DNA of 63,869 nt, filler included, from Sluysia triapertura (taxonomy: Eukaryota), in assembly GCA_046118255.1 (NCBI GenBank). It is 5 parts of 5 records of this genome, joined end to end, with 100 filler letters (N's around TTAATTAATTAA, not from the genome) between each part and the next. Parts side by side here need not be neighbours in the genome. Positions count along the whole stretch, not along the records: positions 49,047 to 63,869 come from JBJNIA010248093.1; 4 more parts are not named here. One strand, written 5' to 3'. This document shows, one piece after another, positions 53,761 through 63,869 of this stretch. Both the position numbers and the translations under genes were made by a program. The notes below the pieces were generated by a model that searched no databases, was not told the DNA's origin, and was given only the letters and a program-made list of their open reading frames with translations. Within the stretch, counting starts at the first letter, position 1. Each line of letters begins with the position of its first letter.

Positions 53761-54299
53761 TGATTTCAGTGTACTTTACCAGAAACATGCTGTTATAAAT
53801 CTTTCTACGATAATATTTTATTATTACTATAAATTCCTTTGTAATATTTATGTATTTTGGATAGATAGATGGTCACCCCATTAATATAACTTGGTGTATT
53901 ATATGCTTTGTATCAAAGAGTAAACATTTGAGTAAAGGTAATAGAGTAAATATAAAGCTATATTTCTTTTGTGTAATATAATTAAATATTAAATATTGTT
54001 AAATGCCACATTTTAAAACAATGAAAAAGGATTTTAAATTATATGAAAAAATTTTTTGTGAGTACACGATGGAAATAGTATGTATTATCAATCACTTCAT
54101 AAATAACAAAAATATTAAGCTCGTTTCAGAAGTTTTTCATAAAATCCATACGTTACATTTAATTTAAGCACAATTCATTCGGCTTAACAATATCTCATTC
54201 CAAACTTATACAACAAATAATTTGTATAAACGTTCAAACGCATCAATCAAACAAAGATTATTAATATTTTAAAAGTCTTTATAACATTTGGAAAAAATA

Positions 54300-56210
54300 T
54301 TAAATAGAAAAATTTCACCTAAATTCTCTTAATATAGCAATCATTGAAGAAGTAGAGCAGATACAAATACTGTAAAATTTGTCCTCTTTGTGGAGGAATT
54401 CGACGAAGAATAATTGAAAAAATTGCCACATCATAAAACTTGAACGAAAATCGTCATATTGCTCAAATATTATTTGATTTTAGAACTATTGTCATTGTTG
54501 TAGTCAATAAATGAATAATTATGAGGAAATTAATGGATTTAATAAATTATAAATTATTTTTCATGATTCTTCCTCTACTTCATCAGCATTTTAAATTTAG
54601 ATTAATCAGTAAAATATGTAAATAAAAATAATTAATAATTTTTTATTATTCTTTAAATATTTGTAAAACTCACTTTTTGTATTTGATTTTTTTAATAAAG
54701 ATGTAGAAGAAAAACGTTGTTTTGGAGATGATAAGCACGATCCAGAACAAGATCGTTTTCTAACATTATGTCGATGTTGTTGTTGATGATGATATTTATG
54801 TTTAGTTCCAAGGGTTAACATAATTTATTCAAAAAAACATTTTATGATACAAATACATTAAATATATTTATCATTTTTACTTGTTAGTTTGTTAAAGTGT
54901 TTTGGAAATATTTTATTGGTTAAATAAAAAATTAACAATGTATTGGTTAATGAATTTGAAAAAATTTCTTATTATTGTTATTATTATTATCATCATAATT
55001 ACTATTATTATTTTTATTATCATTATTATTATTATCATTATCATATTATTATTAGTATCATCATTATTATTATTATCATTATTATTATTATTAATATTAT
55101 CATTGTTATTAGTATCATTATTATTATTATCATTATTACTAATGTCATTATTATTGCTGGGTTTTTCTTAATAAAAGAGCTTAATAAATAATTATTCTGA
55201 GTCCGTTTACAATATACGACTTACAAATGGCGTACCTGTAAAATTAAGTGAAAACAATTATTAAGATTAATCGTATAAAAATACTCTTTGCCTTAACTTA
55301 AACAATAATGGACAAAAATAATACTAAATAGTTTAAAAAACAATTAAGACCAACGCTGACTTATGGAATATCTGAATTAATATAAAAATTAAGTGAATAA
55401 TATTTGTATAAAAATGTGTTGTTTCTTATATCTTCAAATCTTAATTTAATGACCGTTAGAACTTTTTAGTTTTTCTTTTAAATTCAATGAAACACTATTG
55501 GAATTAGCATATTTACGATAAAAAATATATTTAAGTACAATTGATCGTAGTGTAAGGTAGCTATAAACTGGATTTAAATTGTAACGTTACTATTAGGACA
55601 ATAATAAAAACAAGTCTTGAAAATTTTTAATACTATTATGCAAAATTAAGATTAAAATAAAAATTAATATAAATTTATAAAATTCAATAAAAACGATTAT
55701 TAAAAACACAAAAATTTTATAAATGATAAATTTATAATAGCAATAATAATTTAACTATAATAAGGGTTTAGCCTTACTGATTTTGTAATTGAACGTAAGG
55801 ACCAACTAAAGATTAGAGATTTTATATTTTAACTTGATTTTATGATTGGCCTTAATGATCAACCGTGAAAAACGGTAGTTTAAGTTTATATTTTAACTCA
55901 ATGTGAGTTTACACACTATGTAAATCAAACTTACGAATTTAATTAATAATATGGATAATCTATCTCCAGCAATATTGTTCGAGTTTGAATTAATCGATCG
56001 AGCTGCTGCTGCTTGGAAAGTGCTATCCCTCTAATCGAATACGCGAGATTTACACAATAATTTGAAGGATGAACTGGAAATCTACGTGAACGAGTAGTCT
56101 GATAATAACGAGCCGGATAATGTCGAGGATAATTTTTGTAACAACTTTGTTCTCCTTATCGAAAATGACGAATTTCGATTTATTTGTAATCTCAAAATGG
56201 CGTACTAATT
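54300..56210 (-). pseudogene. Decayed spliced gene or lncRNA with an Asn/Asp-type low-complexity tract
   Basis: GC-richer exon-like block 56205-55935 ending at GTAAGT, an acceptor TTTTACAG near 55236, an AAT/GAT repeat at 54970-55156, and ORF 54821-54606. Stops in all frames. Confidence 0.35.
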
Positions 56211-58739
56211 TCTTTTGTATGATTAATTATGTCTTCTTTTAAATAGTTTAAATAATTTAAATAAACAGTTTTGTTTCTAGAAGTTTCTTTTTTGTAACAT
56301 TTTAAAATAATTGAATAATAATTTTAATTTTAATATAATTTAAATAATAATTTTTTAAATAATAATTTAAATAATTTTTTATAATATTTATAATTTTTAC
56401 AATTTTTTGAAAATACATGAAAAATAAAATTAAAAATTTTTTACACCTGTACAATTTTATCGGTAACATCATCGGTATCAAAATGTTAAGAACTTTAACT
56501 ATATTTTAGCTCTGCTTAAGCGAGGAAACTTACCATCTCATTCTAAAAATTATGAGAATAAATCGTTTTATGTTCAGCTTGCTTCTTTCAAGTTGAAATG
56601 ACAAAATTAGCAAATGATTACCAAATCAACCTTGTGCTATCAGTTAATTATGTATCCTCTTAAAAATATGTTGCTTAGGTGATGTAATTAGATTAACTTT
56701 TATGTACGCGGTGGTAAGTTTATTGTGCTTATAACTTACGATTATGCTTATAGGTGAAATTTTTAAATGAAAAAAGGATGTTACACTCTAATTAAATAAT
56801 TAAACAAGAAAATATTGATACACAACCTTAACAATGAAATATATAATAATAATAAACATTTCCATCTTGCTTCTAATATATATATATATATTAGATAACT
56901 AACTAAATAAAAATAGTAATTATTGTTTATCAAAATTGGGCATAAAACACTTTAAGTGGAAATATCTAAAAAAAGCAGTACCAAACTGCCGATTCGAGCA
57001 CCAATTTATTAATATAATTAAAATATTACATTAATTAAATAGAATATTCACCTTTTTCATTTAGCATTATATTATATCTTCGAAAATATTTGCCATTTTC
57101 AACACACTTTTCATTAAATGTAATTTTAAATTCACGAAAACGGTGATTTGTAGTTAGCAATGAAGTTGTGACACCAACCAAATGCTTGATATTCAGTGCT
57201 TTCATTTGATTTATTTTATTCAGATTGGAAAAGATTGTCTATTAAAATATCTTGGCTTATTTTTACACAATACTTAGGAAAAATAATTATACTACTGAAT
57301 TTTACTTTAAAATTCTAATGAATACTATATTTAGATTGGATTATTTCTATCTCGTTAATCTTATTTATAAGTTTATTTATAAATTTTCTGTGGAAATGTA
57401 AATTTTTTGATATATTTTATTTTATTAAAATCATTTTTCCTTACATACGAAGTACAAAATAGAGGATTATATACTGAAATAAATTTTACTTTTCATGTTC
57501 TATTGAATAAATTGTCATACTAAATTCTTTTGTTTTTGATTTTTCCTGTTTTTTAACGAAAGATATAATTATAATTCACATCATAAAATTACATAATAAT
57601 AATAACCTTGTTGGGAGGCATTCGAAATCATATTTTTATTTTTTTGTATTTCTCCGATAGATAAAATGGTTGAACTCAATTGTGGTGTAGTATTAGTAGG
57701 CATGTTTCCGAAAACTCTTAATAAATACACAAATTTAAAATTTATTTAACATTTTATCAACAGTTTAATAATATGATTGATGTATTAAATAGTGGATAAA
57801 ATGTGTAAGACTATAACTGGTACATTTTAAAGTGGCTCAACTCGTGATATATAATTTTATAACAGAACTATCATACATTAAACCGAGAACTCTTAAATAT
57901 TTATCGAAATTCCCAATCTAAATCTCGCACTCCTAGCCACTTAATAGTTCTTCATACATTCTATATCTCGCAACCATTTCAAAGAGTCAGGTCACAATCT
58001 TATTCAATAAAACATTTTAACAATAACGTGACACTAAACAAATTTATTCTATAAATCATCAATAGACTCGAACAATTTATATTTTATATTACAATAAAGC
58101 TATATCAGGTCACTTCTTATCCACACGTTCTTCATTTTAAGTTTAGTAAATAACATTTCATAAAAAGAAAATTCATACTTTACATCGTTTTAAGAATTCA
58201 CCAAATTCGTCAAAATTATACCTAAAATCTAAATATTAAATACAACAATATTGAACACTGAAATTAAACCATCCTACAATCGAAAAATCAGTTATCACAT
58301 ATACAAAAATAATTAACTAGTTCTTTAATTTACAATCAAATAATTTACAATATTATTCATTAAATTAACTCGTTCTTAAATCGTTGTACTTTAAACGATT
58401 GAATAATAATATTATAATTTCATGCTATAGATTAATTGCAGAATCAAATATTTCAAATCTTAGAATATCAAAGTCATATCATAGTATAATTCATTAGATT
58501 CATTTAACAATCACAAGTTTATAAATCATTAATTAATTCTTTACACATTACCACTCAAGCAACTCATAACATTATTCTTTTAAAAATTTTATGCTCAAGT
58601 GTCATAATATGTTTCTTTTATGTAAGATGATGTAAAGAAAAGGAAAATGAATAGAAAAAGGATAAAGATTTAATAATAAAATAATAATAATAATAATCAC
58701 AATATTATTCCAAAAATTAACAATCTAAGCTTTAATTAG

Positions 58740-59655
58740 ATGACTAAAAATTCAATCAAATATGAATTTGCTACACCAGTGCCAATTAAAGTTTCATTGG
58801 ACATAAAAATAATTAATTTAAATGCCAAAAAAATTACAATACGGCTAAATTGGATTGAAATTATATTTTAAACTTTGTGTGACTACAATTCGTCATTTTA
58901 TTATTCTGATCAAAAATCCTGTTCTATATCTAAACCGGTTAGTAATGTTGATGTTTATGATGTTAATGATTTCGAACTTCAATTCTATCAATTTGGTTCT
59001 AGTGTTTAAATTGTAATTGTAGATTTGGAAAAATTGGAAGATTATGAACAACGATACGAATCTTTAAGCAAAGTATCGCTCTTAGTCAGATAAAATGAAA
59101 ACATGAAATCGAATTAGAACAAATTGAAGAACCATGTCGTGCAGAAACTTATGAGTTAATGCAAATGAATGACAAGATACTAGAAAACTAAAAAGATAAT
59201 CGTGAAATATCACCTAGTATCATCAGTGTTTCAACCACTGAACCAGAATATGGTATTATGAAATTATTTGATATTAATCAAGATGAAGCGTCTTTATCTA
59301 AAATGTATTATCAATCTCCAAAGCCCTTCAATCATGAAGAAGAAAAAATAATTTAAAAGGAATTATTCTGGCCAGGTTATTCGAGAAAGCTTTTCAAATT
59401 TTGCTGAAACTTGATAAAGCACTACGAGAAGTTCTTGTTAGAGAAATACAAGAACGAGAATATATTATGCGACACTTTACAATCCTTTTATATATAGCAG
59501 TAAAGATGCTTGTTATACTTTAGTTCATCTATTACACATGAATATATCCAACAGTGTCATGTAATGATTTTATCAACAATCTGAAAAAAAGTTAAAGGAT
59601 GACAAAGACCTGAAGTCAGAAAATCTCCAAGAACTATTCGAAGCTCTAGAATGAA
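58740..59655 (+). pseudogene. Decayed intronless ORF of unknown family
   Basis: ATG at 58740 (MTKNSIKYEFATPVPIKVSLD...). Protein-like segments (EIELEQIEEPCRAETYEL; DKALREVLVREIQERE) are joined by frameshifts and stops. Confidence 0.45.
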
Positions 59656-60407
59656 AACCTGTTAGAAGTTATCTCGACAATGCACTTGTAAATATTGCAT
59701 TTGTAAAAGTGTAAAAATTTTAGTTTTATTTTTTGTTTTATGTATATACAAAAAATTATAAATATTGTAAAAAAATTATTAAAATTTCTATTATTTGAAA
59801 AATTACTATTGAAATTATGGTACTTTCTTAAACGATTTTCATTAACTTTGCGTTTAGTTCTTCATTTTTGAAAATGATTTAAATTCCATCTTTTGATATA
59901 TCCGACTTTTCTCATTGATTTAATATTTTTATCCTTAGGCGACAATTGGTGTATCACTGATAGATTTAATTCCATTATTTTAGTAACATAATTCTGTTTC
60001 GCGAAATGTTTGACACACATTCAACCAAAACTCTTGAATATTAATACCTAAAGATCCGACCGAGCATTAATGCGTAACTGTCACTAAACCGACGGTCACT
60101 TTGTAACATGATACCATTGTTATATCTATATCTTTACTAAGAGAATACGTCACAAATTTACATTGATTTTTCTTTAACAATTTAAATTTTTTAAATTTCC
60201 GAGTATAAATAAATATATAGAAGTTTTAGTGCTAATGTTGGCTATTTTTTCAAATTAATATTGTAAAATTGAAGGTTAAATTTTAATATTTATAAATTAT
60301 GTGCTTTCCATACATACAATACAATAAGGAAATGCAGGCATTATTTAAATATTATTTAACTCTGGTTGGACAGTAAATAATAACGCCAAAAATGAACAAA
60401 ATTGACA

Positions 60408-61259
60408 GACAAGCCATATCAATGGTGACAAGAATTTATACATAGAAACCAATAGTGTCACCACTGATTGCGGCAATTACTGGTATTATGATTTAATAAA
60501 AGTAAAAATAATAAAAATAAAAATGATAATAATAATAATAACAACAATGTTCTTATTATTATTGTTACAAATGCATAAATCCTTTAGATTACCTAGAACA
60601 TATTAATATTTAAATTGCTTGTTATCAACATATTCGAATTGTTTAAGATGTTAATTATAATTCTAATGTTATGAGACTATAAGTTAAAATGTTCCAAATG
60701 AAATTTAAAAGTGTATGTTACTTGATGTAACTATAGTTATGAGTGAAATGTTTTCAACGAATTCTTGATTGTCGGTTGTTCATTTGGTAGTGAAAGTGTT
60801 TTAATATTACGAAGTGTTTTCGATTATTTTGAAAGTGTAAGTTGTAATTCTAATATTACAAGATAATGCATAAGTGTTTTAAATGAATTTTGAAATGCTA
60901 TTTACTGGTTTTAACTGAAGATGAGTTTGGGTGCTTTGAGAAAATATATAAATGTTTTATGTGAATTATACATTGATGTTTTGAATGAAAGTAATGTTTG
61001 GTTGTTAGTAGATTATGACTTAAAATTGCATTAAAAAGATTGTGGTTTAGTGGATGTAAAGAAGATAAGTTATAGCCTATGTTTTGGTACATTCTAAAAA
61101 GGTAGCTGTGTGATGTTGAAAAATATGAACTATGTATGAAAGTGTATATAATGAATTTTTAAAATGTGAGTTGTAGATTTTGAAGGTGAATATGATTTTG
61201 TTGTTTTAAAGGAAAAAATTTTAATAAACTTTGTTAAAAGTAATAGGTTGGCCACCACA
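60408..61259 (-). mobile_element. TGTGG-head repeat module, copy C (inverted relative to B)
   Basis: Reverse complement starts TGTGGTGGCCAACCTATTACT. Blocks shared with A and B, microsatellite, hairpin at 60413-60474. Confidence 0.85.
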
Positions 61260-61447
61260 TTAACTACGTAGTGCGCAATTTAATTTCATATCCGAGCAAA
61301 CACCAGCAATATTATGCTGCAAAAATATTAATGGCTATTATCAGATCTAACGCCAAAATAATTATCTTCAATGCCACTGTTATTATTTTATAATTGTTGG
61401 GATATAAGCCTTTTGGTATGGTTGACTATAATAATCTAAAAAAATGT

Positions 61448-61590
61448 TAGACGGTAGAGCATCGAACTGCGCAGCGAGAGGTTCGGGTTCGATCCCCGGT
61501 CACTCCACTTGTTATTTATGCCGTTGTTTAATAAACTGTGGTTGATGCATATGTGCATAAATGCGCACTTCAGAGGTCATCGTTATTTCA
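61448..61590 (+). mobile_element. tRNA-derived SINE, second copy
   Basis: GGTAGAGCATCGAACTGCGCAGCGAGAGGTTCGGGTTCGATCCCCGG, with an intact B box and T arm and a truncated 5' end. Confidence 0.7.
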
Positions 61591-61829
61591 ATGAAAATTT
61601 TTGCATAATCTATATATTAGTTTATGAAAATGTGTTTATGATTACAATAATAGCCCAAACTTAGAGTCCTTACAAAATTATAATCAATAAAATAAAATTT
61701 GTACTTTAAATATTTAACAAGCAATTAAATGGAATTAGTATTTTTTAATCGCATAACTTATTTCAAATTTTCAAAGACAAAACAAACAAATAAAATATTT
61801 TTCACTTAAACTAGTTATATCATTTGGTA

Positions 61830-63869
61830 CAATAATTTTGTCATTTTATGACAATATCAAAACAGATGCACTCCTTGATTGCTTAGATTGATACTATTCT
61901 GAATTGTCGAACCTCCTTGTTCTTCATGAAAAATATCATAGTGAATTATCTGAATATGGTGGGCGCAATCAAACTTCAGTTCTGATATTCATTTAAGTAT
62001 TACGTTAATTTTGGCATACAAAAAATTCAACCTTCTTAAATGGCCAATTCAGATTGTATCTTTTGGTATGTTATTTTCACAAGGAAATTAAAGAATAAAA
62101 TATTTTCTAGTTTGCGCAACTTAGAAAATATTACTCCAGAAGATTTAAGAATAGATCCTTGAAGCTTTTTTGATTTTTTAGAACCCCTAAGTGTTCAACT
62201 AGATCATTTAAATGAAGATGATTTAAAAATTGAGGTTCATTATTTATACTTTAATTGAAGTTTGAATCATTTGTAAAACAGTTATTTAATTCAGAAATTA
62301 CGAAATAATACTAAATAGTAAATTTCATGATTATCTAGAAAAATTGTACCTGATTACATTCATGTTTAATTTTAGTTAAAGAAAGAATTTAAATACAAGA
62401 GGTTGTCTTATATTTTACATTAAATAATTAACAGTAAATGGATACATGTTTATAGAAGAATCAAAAAAATTGTACGCAAGACTTAAAACAATTGAAAAAA
62501 ACACTTAGAATGACGTCATAAATATAAAGATTTAAACTGTCTACTTCATTCATGATGTGTAAAATTTCCTAATTTGAATATATCCGTTGTTTGTTTTCAC
62601 CTTTTTCTATTAGAATAACATAATATGTCGATTGTCTGTTCTATGATACTTATTTTTTGAATATTTCGTTTGCAAAAAAATAGAAGTTTGAAATTATGAT
62701 AAAAATCTTAAAATAATAATATTTTATATTTTTTAAATTATACTCTAAATAATTTTACTATTTCCTAATTCGAAATATAAAAATTCATTAAATCATTGTT
62801 TAATTGTCATGTAAAATACACATTTTCAAAAAAAAAGCAAGGGAACTTCCATTCAAATCATTTGAATTTTTCATTTATAATTTTTCATTTCTAAAATCAT
62901 TTTAGCTATAACCCTTTTATTTCGTACAAATATCATTTTACCTTTTTGAGTAATCTCGTAATTTCATAAGTAAAATATGATTAATTTTGATCTATTGCTA
63001 AAGAAAAGCTCAAAATGTTCTACTAACGGGATTTGGCTATGAATACGACCTCTAATATTTCTTCTATTAAAAACCAAGACACGGAAGAGTTCTCCAACAA
63101 TTTTATTGTTATTTGGATCTAATTGTAATAATCTAGCTAAATCTCTAAATGTTGAATCAGGGGATGACCATGAGGCACCGGAAACTGCTTTTTGTATATA
63201 TAACTTGAAATCGCGATATATTAAAATAATTTTTTCATCATAAAGAGAAATACCATCTGTATTTTTAATACACGCCGCATTATAACTGTCCACTTTTTCT
63301 GTTTTGAAAATCATTTTGCAATGACATAAATTAACTATCAAAAACTTTATTAATTACATTCAAAATAATAATGCAAAAAATCATAATTAAAAAATTTTGA
63401 TATGAATAAATTCTAATATAATTCTGATATCATCGATTTTTTATTGATAACTTTTAATTTATTATTATAATTTTTATTATTTTTATTTCGTCTTAATTTG
63501 TAATATTTCTTTAAGGAAAAGGAAATTACTGGATAACAAGGAGAGCAGACAAAGTACTGATATTTAATTTGTAGAAATTTTTGTGTTAATACATGTACAT
63601 AAATATGATTTCTGTATGTTTTGGATTTCAGTATTTTCATCTATTTTTGGTGAAAGTAGTTATTTTCCAACACGTTACATTTTCCGTGACAATTGTCGGT
63701 AAATGGTACGTATTGATAAACTTTTGATTAATATTGCATAGTATCATGTAATTTGGCATTAGGAAATAAATAAATAATAATTTCCGTAATATTTGTAATT
63801 GTTGAAAATTTAATCGTTGATTCTTTTGATAATGAATTTTCTGATAATTGAAGCTGTTCAATTTTTAAA
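61830..63869 (-). pseudogene. Decayed coding region of unknown family, running off the window end
   Basis: 125-aa open stretch at 63341-62964 (KAVSGASWSSPDSTFRDLARLLQLD...) flanked by protein-like frames interrupted by stops. Confidence 0.35.

Noticed and set aside
54902-55191. Poly-Ile/Leu/Tyr ORFs
   Set aside because: Translation of a TTA/TCA microsatellite-like tract.

Overview
Very AT-rich (roughly 20-25% GC by eye) spliceosomal animal genomic DNA. Four 100-nt gaps each carry an artificial TTAATTAATTAA stop linker. The one complete gene, RTRAF/CGI-99 (+, 5 exons, 253 aa), has introns of 37, 35, 37 and 37 nt. That fits a compact-intron animal such as the orthonectid Intoshia (inference from recollection, not verified). 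Three genes are only partly visible: a very divergent voltage-gated Ca2+ channel beta subunit (-, exons over >16 kb), the N-terminal part of an RZ-family RGS protein with its cysteine string (-), and two exons of a coiled-coil, centlein-like protein (+). The rest is mobile DNA (Tigger/pogo with a nested solo LTR, piggyBac, mariner, hAT-like MITE, L2- and CR1-type LINE remnants, tRNA-derived SINEs, gag/pol debris) and decayed genes. The most intriguing structure is a 0.8-1 kb repeat module with three full copies and one gap-truncated copy. It has a TGTGGTGGCCAACC-like head, a strand-biased C/A-rich body, an AAT/TTA microsatellite and a covarying TGACA-N23-25-TGTCA hairpin. Each full copy points at a different decayed ORF. 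Two copies face each other across about 12 kb of pseudogenes, including a DEAD-box helicase, which suggests a large cargo-carrying element or a mobile promoter cassette. All protein assignments are by manual translation and recalled motifs; no searches were run.
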